This document shows, piece by piece, positions 32,714 to 45,146 of a stretch of DNA of 64,000 bases (its first letter is position 1; each line of letters opens with the position of its first letter). The stretch covers positions 67,952,001 through 68,016,000 of the forward strand of contig NC_058384.1 in NCBI RefSeq assembly GCF_018350175.1, written 5' to 3'. Made by a program: the position numbers and the translations under genes. The notes beneath the pieces are model-generated. The model searched no databases and was not told where the DNA came from. It saw only the letters and a list, made by a program, of their open reading frames with translations. This DNA is from Felis catus. Its lineage: Eukaryota.

Positions 32714-35450
32714 AGCGGGGGGCCTGCCAGGCCGGGCGAGGACGAGGGGCTCCTCGGGGTCCGGGTTCCCGCGGGCTGTCTCGGCGGCGCAGTCGGCACC
32801 GCGCACAGCTCTGGCCCCTCCGCCCGGCGACTCCGCCTTTTGGGCCGGCGCCGCCCGCCACCCCGCCCCGCCCCCGCCCCCGCCCCCGCCCCGCCCCGCC
32901 CGGCGCGCGGCTGCCCCGGGGCTTGGGGGCTGGGAGGTGGAGGAGGGGAGGGGAGGGGAGGGGAGGGGAGGGCAGGGGAGCGGAGCGGGACTCGTGCCTC
33001 GGCCGCGACGAAGGTGCCGTGTGCCGCGAGTCCGCTCGCCTGTGGGTGTGCGTGCGGGCCCGCGGGCCGTGCGGGGCGCTCGGTGGCGCGCGGGAGAAGG
33101 GCTCCCACGGCACGTGCAGGACTGCGAGCGCGCGGCGCGGGACCCGGTCGGGCTGCGCCGCGCGCGGGTCCTGCGGGGCGCGAGGTCGCGGACAGGGCCC
33201 GCGCCTTCCCCGAGCCCAGCACACCCAGGCTCGGGCGCCCGCGATCCCACCCTCCTCCCACCCGCCTTTCCCGGACTCCGCGCTCGGCTGCTCCTCCCTA
33301 CACACGCGGCTGTTTGTTTTTGTTGGGTTTGTCAATGTTGTCTTTGTTCGCGAGATGGTGTCATCGCCTAGATGCCGGGAATAAAGTGCGACCCTGTGTG
33401 ATCGGGTGTGTAACGTGTGCGGCTGGGGCCAAGGGCGCCCCTGCCCATCTCCGCCAGTGACAGGGAGGGACACCCGGGCTCCTGGGTCCCAGGGGCGCCC
33501 TCTCTTGTTTCTAGTTGGCCAAAGGGCACTACTGACGTGTTCGTGAGTGCGCGCGCGCGCGTGTGCGCCAACACACGTGTGTGCCGTGCGAACGGGCTTT
33601 GGATACGGACTGTGAGAATCTGGGCATTCCCAAAGTGTGACAAACCGCAAGCCCGCATGTGCATCTGGCACGCGTCAATACGTGTGATGGCGCGCGAGTG
33701 TGAAGGCATCTGTGGGTAGCTCCGCAGCCGTGTGTGCAGCTCCGGCGTGAGTGTGCAAGTGTTAGTGAACCGCGTGTGAAGAGAGGCGGCCGTGGGGAGG
33801 GGCGGGGGCTTGCACGGCGGGCCCCTCCCCCTCGCCCGGCGCCCGGCCCCGCCGGACTCGGCCCCCCGGGGCCCTTGTCCCCGCCGGGATCTGCCGCCGG
33901 CCGGAGCAGGGCTGGCGCCAGGGCGGGCAGGTGTTTGCTGAGGCTCGAGTGCGCGTCCGGGGCGGGGGACCCGACGCTGCGTGCCTGCGCGCCTTTGGCG
34001 GCTCCCGCGTGTGACTGCGGGGCTGTGTGCGCGCGCGCCTGGCGTTGCGAGCGTGTGCGCCTCCCCGGCCGGCCCGTCCCCGCCGCCGCGCGTCGCGGGA
34101 AGCCGGCTCCCGGCCGGCTCGGACGCAGCTCCCGGGTTCCGAGGCCGTTTCAGCCTCTTCTTTTACGGCCGGGCCTGGCGACAGCGCCTGTAATTACGCG
34201 GGGCCGGGACGCCGCGGCCAGTCCGGCGCTGGCCCCGCCGGGGAGGAGCCTGGGGCGGGGAGAGCCGGGCCCGCCTCCTCCTCCCACCCCCCACCCCGCT
34301 CCCCCGCCCCGACGGCCGCAGGCGGCGGGAGGCGAGACCCCCCGCGCGGACCGTAAACACTTCCCGAGCGTAGCCGCGTGGCTCTGCGTACGCCCCGCCC
34401 CCGCCCCGGGCGGCGGCCCAGCCCCGCGGCTGCAGACGTGCAGCGCGTCGCTGCTGCGGGGCCGAAGTCCACCCGCCCGCCCGCCGGCCCCCCGGCGACG
34501 CCTCCCGCGCGCTTGGCTCACCTGGGAGGACCCCTGGGAGGAGCCCTGGGTGTGGGCCTCCCGCGTGCCTCCGGCGAGAGCAGCCGGCCCCTGCCCGGTG
34601 CCCCCGAGCACCGCAGCTCCTCGAGCGCGGGCTTTGCCAGTCCCCCGCGGCGTCGGCAGCGCCTCGCCGGGCACCCGGCACACGTGGCACACAGTCACTA
34701 CGTGTGTGCGGAGGGAGGGGAGTCCCCGCCACGGGAGATGCGGCCCTTCTGCGGACTCCCCGCTCTGAAAAGCAGCCCGGGGAGGGGGAGGGGCGGCGGC
34801 TCTGCAGAGACGGTGGCCCAGGTTGCCCACCGCCGGGGCCGGGCCGGGGACGTGTGGGGTCCCTGCGCCGCGCCGCCCGGCCGGGCAGGTTCGGGCGAGC
34901 TCAGCCCAGCCCGGCGGGGCCACGTCCGTTCGCGCTCTGCGCGCGTCTAGGGCTGGGGCGGGGCGGGTGCGAGCCGGCTGGAGAAGGGCGGGGGGCCTTC
35001 CCGGCTCGGCGCTGTCCCCAACATTCCCACTCCAGGTTGTGGTCCCTGCACTGTTCGATCCATGTATTGTGCGTCGGGGGTCGCTTGTCAGACCTGGAGG
35101 GGCGCTCAGGGACCGGGCGTTGTTATGGGCACCGAGGGTGACGGTGGGGCTAAGACAGAACCCCTTGCCCTCGGGAAGCCCCCGGACCAGTAGGGGATAC
35201 AGACGAGCCACCGTTCGTACTAGCTGGCTAGTTTGCTGTAGGTGCTGTGGCCCAGGCGGCAGTCCCGCCGCGCCGCGCCCCTCGCCCGCCCCGCCACCCC
35301 TAGAGCCGCGGCGACGCCTGCTGGACCGAGAGGGGGGCTGCAGGCACCGTGCGATCCAGACGCAGACCACACCGGGCACTTCCGCTCTGAGACTCGGCTT
35401 CCTCCGGTCCCCTCCCCGTCCCAGCCCCAGCCTGCCCAGGCGGCGCTCCT
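32500..35450. promoter_or_regulatory. EFNA1: Large CpG island spanning EFNA1 exon 1 and upstream promoter
   Basis: Very high CpG density; tandem GC boxes at 32860-32900; (GGGGA)n tract at ~32944-32980. Confidence 0.85.
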
Positions 35451-35599
35451 CTGGGCTCCTGCTTTGGACTACCTCTCACCGCTGACTTATGCGTCTGTGT
35501 TGGCTCTCGGCACCGCCACCCCCAGGCAAACATCTGGGCTCAGTGGCGGGAGCTGTCTGAGGTGGCTGTCTGTCTGTCTGTCTGTCTGCCTGCCTGTCT

Positions 35600-35909
35600 G
35601 GGAAATTCCCCTAGTGAGTCCTTTGTGGGAATTCCCGAGGGACAGGGTTAGCCTTCCGAGTGCCCTAGGAGAGCCCGGCCTGTGGGAGACGTGCTATCCA
35701 CCTGTGAGGGCGGGGCGCTGCCCTCCTGCGGGTGCCAGTTTCCCCGTCTGGACCAGGCAGAGAGTGATTGCCACTCCCTTGCCCAGCGCCCTGTGGTTGG
35801 AGGTGGGGAAGGCCAGGGCCAGTGTCCTGGGGCACTGTCTAACCCCGGCAGCCCCTGAGGGCATCTCTGGGCAATGGGGTGAGGTGGGAGGGGATTCCCT
35901 GGTGAGTCC
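35600..35909. promoter_or_regulatory. Cluster of three NF-kB consensus sites
   Basis: GGGAAATTCCCC 35600-35611, GGGAATTCCC 35627-35636, GGGGATTCCC 35890-35899. Confidence 0.6.
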
Positions 35910-36739
35910 TGGGCCCAGAGCAGCTTCTGCTCTGTGTTCTTTTGGAGAATACAGCGTGTATTTCCCACTTTATTAATGATGTGAGCGGTTTTTCAAAAGT
36001 TGGAAAATAGAGAACAGGAGTACAGAGGGGTGGGGCCTGCCAGCCGCCCCTGGGCTGACACCTTTGTCCCTTGCCTGCCAGCCTTTGGCTTGAGATTTTG
36101 TTTGCTTGCTGTTAGCTAGTGTGATAAGTATGCCTCATTTCTGCTGTGTCCTTCTTTTTGCCTTTTAACTTCCATCTTATACTCTTTGTAAACAGCATTT
36201 TTAATGGCAGCGTAAGTGTCTCTCAGAATGCAGAGATGCAGAAATAAATATCCACACGCACACACTCAAGCACTCCTCAGTTGCTAAGCAGGGCTGATTG
36301 CTTCTTGGAACTTACAAACAACCCTGACATTGACTTTCAGTCAGCAAGCATGTATGGAGCGCCCGCTCTGGCCCGGGCCCTGGTTTAGGGCTGGGGGCTT
36401 CGTGCAGGACAGTAGGCGAGGGGCTCACGTGGTAGATGAACTCGACATCTGCTTCCTTCGATTTTGGAGAATTTTCATGTTGCCGCATGGAAGCCAGATT
36501 CTTCTGACCACTGGTCCAGTCCTCTCCCTGGGGGCGCAGGTGGCCAGAACCTGGTGGATGTGTCCCCTGGGGGTTTTCCAACTCCAGAGGGGGGCCAGGC
36601 TCAGAGAGAAGGTGGAATTCTTCCCCTGGGAGTCCCCTCGGGGAAGAGGAGGTGGGGCAGGACGGGGCGTAGGAGGTAGTCGGGGCCTGGGCAGTGCTGA
36701 GGAGGATGGGATCCTGGCTTCTGCACAGAAAGCAGAAAC

Positions 36740-37330
36740 ACCAGGAGGCATTGTGTACAGGTGCCTCTTGCACCAAAAACTGACTAATCACTCCCGTCAC
36801 TGTCCTGGGAGGCCCTGGGGACTCTGAGGTATATCCTTGCCCTAGAGTAATCTAGTCTCTTGGCAAATACGTAATTAGAATATAAGATAAGAGTTATAAT
36901 AGAGGCATAAGAGACAACAGGCTGTGGGCTCAGCGAGGAAGGAATGTTTACTTGGGATGAGGGGGCCTTCACAGAGGAGGGGATACTTGAAATGGGTTTT
37001 GGAAGGTGAGTGGGCATGCACATCGAGAGAGGAGGGAGCAGGCAGAGGGGTGGGAGGCTGTGCAGGAGCACTCCGAGGGAGCTACAAGTACAGAATGGGT
37101 CTGGGGGGGTGTGACAGGAGGTGAGAGCAGGAGGTGGTTTGGGGGCCACGTTGCCAAGGTCATTGAGTCCAGGCTTGGGATTTTGACATCGTTCTGTGGC
37201 TCACTGATACTTGAATAGAGCACTAGGATTTGTATTTTAGAATGTGGGTCACAGAGGGGGAGCTGGGGGGGTGGCTAGCTCCCGTGGGAGTGTGCGGGGC
37301 CAGGGGACGGGTTAGACGCTGGAGGAGAGC
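36740..37330. mobile_element. L2 LINE relic
   Basis: GGCCTTCACAGAGGAGGGGATACTTGAAATGGGTTTTGGAAGG resembles L2 3' region. Confidence 0.5.
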
Positions 37331-40124
37331 CGAGCCCCAGGCACGGGCAGGGAGGAGGCTGGGGGGGCAGAAACGCCGCTTCTGCGTAGGGAATGCAGGA
37401 CAGGAACAGACCTGGGGGGCAAACCAAGTACCGGTTTAAACAGGAGGTTTATGTTTCCCGAAGCACAGAGCGCTCTGGAAGCAGGATGGCCGCTCATCCG
37501 TGTGGTCATGGAGCCAGTGCCCTCTGCTTGTCCGCTTTGCCGCCCTCAGCACCCTGGTCACAAGGTGGTGGCCTCGGCCACAGAGCTACATGCCCGCGGT
37601 GGGAGGGGTGGGGTGTGAGGTCTTCTCCTTTTAAAGACCTCTTTTTATCTGGTAAGGAAATCTTTTCTAGCAACTTCCTAGACCGATTAGCCTCAGGGGA
37701 AAAAACTGGCTCGGTGTTCAGGGCCCGACCTACACCTTCCAGGGAGGGGAAGGGACGCTCTGTCTGGGGTGGGGCCCACCTCCCCCACATGGGGCCTACT
37801 CTGCTCCCAGTAGAAACCTGTTAGCCTGGGGGAGGGGTGGGCACCGAACAGAGCCCCGTGCCCACTCTGGGACTTCCACGGGAGGGTCCCAGAGGGCAGC
37901 CAGAGGGGGGTGGTCTGGAGCTCGGGAGGGGTGGGGTGCTTTGGGACATGGTGGTGAGCCTTGAGTCTCTAGGCAGGGAAGAAGAGACTGCTGGATGTAG
38001 GGCTAGGAGTCCCTCTGAGACGGAAGCGAAAGGGCCCCACCAAAACTGCCTCTGCTCTTGCGAGGACCCTCCCCCACACCTTACACGCGCCTCCGGGAAG
38101 AGTGCATATCCTCCGGTGAAGGTCAAGGGGTCAGTGACCTCTTCCAGCACAGCAGTCAGCGGCTAAGGAGTGACGGGCAGGATCACGGTTTCCAAGACCA
38201 CCGACTCCCCTAGACCCCAGGCCAAGGTGAGACTCACTCTCCTCTCCTTCCCGAGTCTCCTGGATGCTCTGTTCCTGTCTACTCTCTCTGTCTCTAATGA
38301 GCTCTGTTCTCACTTCCTCTCGGCTCAAGTTTGAGCCCTGCGGCATGAAGCCGCGACCCTCTGGGCCGCTCCAGTGGGGCCCCCCCTCTGTGTCCTGGAA
38401 CCCAGTCGGTGGGGGTGGGGGGAGGTCCCTGCTCCCAGCTCCCCAGCCTCGGGGCCCCCAGTGCGGACAGGCCCGTGCAGGTCGCAGGAGAGCATTCGCC
38501 GGACAGGCCCATCAACCTCCTTTCCACCGCGGGCCGGAAGCTTTCACCATAACATAGTTGGTACAAGGGCAGGACCTTAGGTGCTTTTATCTCAAAAGTG
38601 TTCCTTTTACACACTTTTTTTTCTGATTGCAGAAGGACTAGAGGATCAGCACAGAAAACGTGGAGAAGCACAGAGGTGACAGCGCCCTCGGGAGCGGGCC
38701 CAGCTGGCCCCTTCCCCACAGCTCGGCAGGTTTTATGGCGAATGTCTTTGTGAGGCTGCGGTTTAATGCCCGTGTTACGGCCCGCTCGGAACCCCTTGCG
38801 TTTGTGTAACATTTTATGACCTTCCAGTGTGTTCGGCTGCGTATTTTATCACGTGCCATTTCATCTTTACAGACTCCTCACGTTGTGAGGTAGGCACAGG
38901 CAGGAATTGGGCCCCCACTGACCAGGCGAGGAAACCCGGGCGGGGAGAGGGGACGGAATCAGAGCTCACATGGGCACGCCGTGTGTGGCTGCCTCCTCCC
39001 TCCCGCACCTCGCTGCCTGCCTGCCCCGGGTGTGAAGGAAGGGCCTTGGCACCCAGTGCCGATTTGCTGTGGGCCAACGGAGGCAAGTGGACGGAAGGGG
39101 TGGAGAGGGGAGCTCCTTGGCACCAAAGCCCCTGGACGGGGGTGGGGGGGGAGGAGAGGGGACCCCAGGGGGCTTGTGGGACAGGCCGAGGAGACACAGC
39201 GCTCCAGGGCTCAGCCCACCCTGGCTGGTCCCTGCAGTACAGCTTACCTCCCATGCCACCCACATTTCCGGAGGCTGGTTTGTGTGCCAGGCACTTCCAG
39301 GGAGGCCGGTAATGACCTGCGAGCAGGACAGAGCAGGAGAGACGGGGCGCCCCTGCTTTAGAAACGAGAACACTCTTTAACCTCTCTGAGCCCCGGTACA
39401 GGTGCTGGGGGGCCCCAGGAACACACGCACTGGTCCTACGGGGCAGTCCTTGGTGGACTCCCCAGGAGCACGGCTGCCCAGAGCCCTGAGGTTCATGGGG
39501 GTGCAGACGAGTGGGGGGAGTCCCCAGGTAGGAATGGTGGGCAAGGGCATTCCATGCCCTGAGGGATGGGACAGACCACTCTTCCCTGAGCTGTGGGTGT
39601 GCCAGGAAGGACTTGGGGGGTCTGTGCCTCCAAGCCTGCTCTTCCCCTCCAGGCCTCTCACCACCCACCCCCGCCCCGCCCCGCCATGGGCTGGGCATCA
39701 TCACCTTCACTAGTTGCGGGTCCTGGGGAGCTGGGTCTCACGGAGGAGGAGGGATTGGCTAAGAAAAAGTGGGGGAGGGACACACAGCCCGGTTGGGTGC
39801 AGGGAGGGTAGGAGCGGACAGAGCTGATGTGCAAGGCGGGTGTGTAAATGCTGTGGGACCTGGCAGGAAAACTCCCCTTGGGCGTGAGTCCCTGTGTCAG
39901 GGAGGAGTCGGGTGGGACAGACATCCCGGAGGGGGCCTTTTACGGCAGTCGTTTACAGGGAGGCTGGCTTCCCATGGGCCGGGACGGGATGTTCAGACGT
40001 TCGGATTGGGCCTCAGAGACAAGCAGGTGGGTTGTATTCTTTGGGGGGCCATAGGCTGAGGGAAGGCAGAGCCCAGAGAAGGTTTGGAGACTCCAGTGTG
40101 GGGAGGGGCGAAGTGTCCCAGGAA

Positions 40125-40370
40125 TAATAATCAGCTCACGATCCAGAACCTTCCGGGTGCCGGGCTCCTTTGAAGCTCATTGTGCGCATTAATGTGCATC
40201 ATCTTCACGAGCACCATATGGGGCGGGTAGCTGTAGCGACCTCACTTGACCGATGGGCAAAGCTGGGAGTGCAGAGAAGTTAATGACTCCCCTGAGGTCA
40301 CACAGCTAGTAGGTGGTGAAGCCCGAATCTGAACCGAGGCAGTTGGCTTGGGAGTCCTGCTGTGACCACT
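40125..40370 (-). mobile_element. MIR relic
   Basis: AGAGAAGTTAATGACTCCCCTGAGGTCACACAGCTAGTAGGTGGTGAAGCC MIR motif. Confidence 0.65.
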
Positions 40371-43300
40371 GTCCAGCCGTTCTGGTGGCTGCTCCCAGAA
40401 AAGGTCAATGAATACTGGTCTAAGGTGCGGGCCACTGGGGACACAGAGACTCGAGGCCATTCTGGAAAGGATCTCTGTGGGATACAGTGGCTGTTAGGAT
40501 GTGGAGGGAGGGTGGGGCTGTCCGGTCAGCGCTGGGGGCCCAGGCAGGAGGCAGAGCTGTGGAGAAGCCCGCTGGCTCCCTCTCCCAGGCCTTCCCGCCG
40601 GGCTCAGTCAGGCAGGCGCTCCACCTGGGGCCCCTGATGCCAAGGAGGGACTCGGGGCTTCCTGCTAGGCTGTTCCTGTGGTCTTGGCCGTGTCTCCGGC
40701 TGCCCCTCGTACCCTGGTCCCTGCCTGTCACCCAAGGCATGTTCCCAGCCTCTCTCCATCCATTGTATGAACTACTGAATTTCCTTCCAAAATAAACCTT
40801 TTCGGTTTTCAGTGGCCTGGAGTCCGTGGAAGCCAGAGGCTGGCCTGCAGGGGAGCTCTCCTTGAACAGGTCAGCTGTGAAGTGCTTGGGGAAAGGTTGA
40901 GAAGTTGCACGTTCAGGGCCTGGCTTGGGCAGGGCTCTGAGATAGCAGCCTGGAGGTGGGGCCAGGATCTCGGTTGGAGGCCCTGGAGCCCAACCGGGAG
41001 AAGGCAGAGCCGCCTTGCAAGCAGTGCCTGCGGGGAGGGGGAGCCAGGCGGGCATCCAGGAAGGAGGAGACCAGGAAGGCAAAATGCCGGCTTTGGGCTG
41101 GCCTCCTAGGACCTTAGTCATCCCAGAGGAACCCTCCGCCGTTTAAGCAAGAGCCAAGAACGATTCCCGTGTCCTGCTGTGGGCCACGTGCCCGTTCCCA
41201 AAGCCATCCCTGTGCCTGGACACTGCCGTGCTGGGTGAGGCTCAGGACACCGGATCACTCCCGGACCTGGAGGCGGGCTGGGGATGAGCAGTCCTACAGG
41301 AAAGCTGGGCTTCTGCCCCTGGGAGCAGCACAGGTAGAAGCGGGGCAGGCAAGCAGGTGTCCGTTAGGAGAGCTTGGTGGGTGCGAGGCTTTCAGAGTGC
41401 AGGGAGGGACTGTTTCTAGATGGAGAAACGTGGGCCCAGTTGTAGATAAAGAGGAGAGAACCAGTGGGCCCCCCACCCCCGTTCAGGGAGCCTGGAGATG
41501 CATAGGGGAAACTGAGGAAGGGGGCCCCAGGAGGAACACGTGGGGATAGCTTTCAAGACAGAGGGTGGGAGTCCAGGTTGGTGAGGGGCACGGCTGTGTT
41601 TCAGGGGGGGAGGGGAGGGGAAGAGTGTCGGGGGGAGTGGCCGGAGGCACCTGTCCCCTGGCCACCTGCTTCTCCGGGCCTCACCTGGGCTGAGAGCTTG
41701 GGCTTCGGAGGCAGACGGCAAGCTGGGGTCCCAGTTCTGTGACTGCACTAGGTCACTCCCTAGGATGTGACCCTGGGCGCATGACATCTGTGCCTCGGTT
41801 TCCTCATTTATGAAATACCAAAGGGTCATGGCGAGGGTTACGTGAGATGATGTACCGAGAAAACAGAGCGCGTGGAAAGGTGGAGAACCTGGCTCGTGAA
41901 GAGACCTCGGGACCAGACCAGCTGTTACTGTGGCAACTGTGACTTTACTGCAAAGGCCCCCAGTGACGGTGACGAAGTCCAGTCCACGCGGCTGCCGCCC
42001 CTGCCTCCTGACGTGGCCCCCCAGCCCCCCCGTAAGGTCCCCCTCAGACGGGGCTCCTCATCACCTGTCCCAGCTGGCCACTGCTGTTAGGCTGGGGGAA
42101 GGTGGGCGGCAGGGACCTCCTTGTCCACCCCTCACCCCCACCGCCTCTGCCGGGCGTCCCGTGTGTCCCAGTTCGGAGTGCTGGCGATTCCAGGTTTCCT
42201 TTGCGCTGTTCCCGGGGCCGGACCAAGGGCAGACCCGCCACGTTTGTGTCGCAGGATGTCCAGTCCTGTCTGAGGACTCGGGCTTTGCCGCCGAGCCCTG
42301 GGGGAGCAGGGAGTGTCCTGTGAGGTGTGCCTTCCCGCTGCTGGGTAGTTTTCCTCCTTGGCACACACTCAGCCAATGGGCTCCCAGGAAGGGTTCTCTT
42401 GGCAGAAAGCTTGGGCCCAGCTTGAGAACCACCCTGCCCTGGGCGCGAGCGACCAAGGGCATCATCGGGCAGGCAGAGGGGGAGGAGGGCTGAGCAGCCC
42501 CAGGTGGGGCTGGGTCCCTGGTGCAGGTTAGGGACAGGGCACCTCTCCAACTCTGGGCTACACTCAGTCACCGAGGACCCAGACTCGGGTCCGGAGGCCC
42601 CGAGGCCCTGGTCAGCCCCTGATCTGCCTTCTGTCCCTGCCATTGAGGAGGCCGAGGACACACCTGAGACCTCCCTCTGTCCCAGCCACCTCTCCCCCGG
42701 CTCCCACGCGGGACTCTCTGCATGTAGACCGCAGCAGCAAATCCCTGCATGCCAGTAGACGCGCCTGGCTTCTCTGTAGGACCGGAGAAGGCGGGCGCGG
42801 GGAGAGAACAGCCTCTGACCCCAACCGAGGGCTGCCGTTTCCAGAGCAGGCACATCTGATCACAGTGACCAGAAGCGGGCGAGCGGTTGATGGGAGAGGG
42901 GGGCGTGGATGGGGGTCTGACTGGAAGGGGCAGGAGCCGCTCTCTTGGGAGACCGAAGTGTTGTTTATCCGGACGGGGTGCTGGTCGCCTGGGGGATGTC
43001 GAAAGTCGCCGGCAACCTGGATCCTGAACACGTGTGAATGTTATTGCGCGTAAGTCGTGCTTCGCCAAAGGTGATACAAAATACAAGGAATAAAAAAAAA
43101 GAATAAAAAACAAAAAACAAACAAACAAACAAACCCCCCAAATACAAGGAATAACGACAGGTTGACTGGACACCCCAGTTTGTGAGCCAGTGACAGGGCT
43201 GCGAGTGAAACGGCCCTGGGCCCCCGCGGGTAAGGGCACCGGGTGGGAGGCTGGTTGCCCGGGAGGGGCCCTTCTCACCCGGCTCACTCTGGGTGCCTCC

Positions 43301-44309
43301 CCCCCCGCCCCCCCCCCCCCCCCCGGTCGCCACTAGGAGGACAGGGGCCCTTCCTCTGTTGCGCAGCCGCCCCGACCCTGGGGACCGCCGGCCGCCTGGC
43401 CGGGAGGCTCTTTCCCTGGGTGTTTCCCCACACAGGCCGCCCGGGCCGTGCAGGGTCTGTCCTGGGCTGTGTGTGTGGCTACCGGAGCACCTATAAAGTA
43501 AACACGACTGAGAAGGCCAGTGACCGCAGAAGACACAGATGAAATGAAAAAAAAAAAAATCAAAATAAACAAAACCTCCCAAACTCACCCCACGCCTCAC
43601 ACCGAAAAGCCCAGAGCCCCGAGCTGGGTGGGATAAAGAGTGGGCCTGTTTGGGTGATATTTATATAAAGGGCTTGGTTCCTCCCTCGGGCGAGTAAAGC
43701 GAGTTGTAAAATTTGAAGGCACATTTTAAAATTGTTTAAAATCCTCCAAATGTGTTTCCTGTCTGGTGCTGCGTATGGGGAGCCAGTAACCCGTGTGCCT
43801 GTGTGGCCCGGAGCCCGGGTTAACGAGGGAGTTTAGAGGCAGTGATGCGGAGGGGCCGGCCGACTCCGGCCGCCAGAGAAGGAGCCCGTTGTTGGCCCGG
43901 CGTGTGTTCCCAGGGCTGGAATGTGCGGGAAGGGCCTCGGGACTTGGGAGGGTGGTTTAGTCTGGGAAATTAGCATCTTTGTAAAAGCCACCGTACTTAT
44001 AAATCATCAGTTAAAGGCCCGTAGGGGTCATAATGCAGGTGTGTGATTTTTACTTCTGAAGCGAGCGGGCGTGATAATATTTGACAACACGTAATAATTA
44101 GGGTACTGCGTGTACATTTGATAAGTTAGATGATGATTGGGATGACCCTCCTGCGTCATGGCTCCTTTCCACCTTTGCTGACACTTCCCTCTCTCAGTCT
44201 CTCTCTCTGCCTGGGCCACCGTCAAACTGAGACCTCCCGGTGGCTCAGCACCACCTCCCCACGGTGTGCATGAAGGACTCCCTCCGCTGGGCCCCCTTGG
44301 CATTTTTCC

Positions 44310-44492
44310 TTTTTTTTTTTTTTTTTTAAGTGTTTATTTTCGAGAGGGAGCCAGTTGGAGGAGGTGGGTAGAGAGAGGGGGACGGAGGATCTGAAGCCAG
44401 AGAGCCTGACGCGGGGCTCGAACTCACAAACTGTGAGATCATGACCTGAGCCAAAGTCGGACACTCAACCGACAGAGCCACCCAGGGGCCCC
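44310..44492 (-). mobile_element. Carnivore SINEC
   Basis: Long T tail plus antisense SINEC body. Confidence 0.85.
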
Positions 44493-44676
44493 GACATTTC
44501 GTCTTTAGCAAAGTTCACTGTGTCCTTTCCCTTCTGAAATTCAACTGAATGTGTGTCTGTCGCCGTTACGCGCCCTGTGGGGACCAGAGCTGGGTCTTAG
44601 CGGTGCCTCCCTTTCAGCTCCGTGCCCAGAGAGGGCTCTTGGTTCATATCTGTTGAATTAAACTGTTTTTTTTCTT

Positions 44677-45146
44677 AAAAAAATTTTTTTTAATGTTTTA
44701 TTTACTTTTGAGAGAGAGAGAGAGACAGAGCACGAGCAGGGGAGGGGCAGAGAGAGAGGGAGACACAGAATCGGAAGCGGGCTCCAGGTTCTGAGCTGTC
44801 CCCACAGAGCCCAACGCGGGGCTCGAACTCATAAGCTGCGAGGTCATGACCTGAGCCGAAGTCGGAGGCTTAACCGACAGAGCCACCCAGGGGCCCCAGT
44901 TTTGCTATACTTTAATGTTTTCTTTCTGGTTTTTTTAATGTTTATTTATTTTTGAGAGAGAGAGACAGAGACAGACACAGTGTGACTGGGGGGAGGGGCA
45001 GAGAGAGGGAGACACAGAATCCAAAGCAGGCTCTGGGCTCCGAGCTGTCAGCACAGAGCCCGACGCAGGGCTCGAACCCACGAACTGGGAGATCATGACC
45101 TGGGCCGAAGTCCGACACTCAACCAACTGAGCCACCCAGGCGCCCC
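44677..45146 (-). mobile_element. Dimeric SINEC (copy A) with 30-nt linker
   Basis: Two SINEC monomers joined by a linker at 44898-44927, inside a single TSD pair TAAACTG(T)nCTTAA. Confidence 0.85.

Noticed and set aside
32518-35485. Many overlapping 200-400 aa ORFs around the EFNA1 promoter
   Set aside because: Gly/Arg/Pro/Ala-rich products expected from stop-poor CpG-island DNA; no recognisable domain.
43155-43210. Possible pre-miRNA hairpin (GTTGACTGG...CCAGTGAC)
   Set aside because: The stem is short and interrupted, and no known mature miRNA was recognised.
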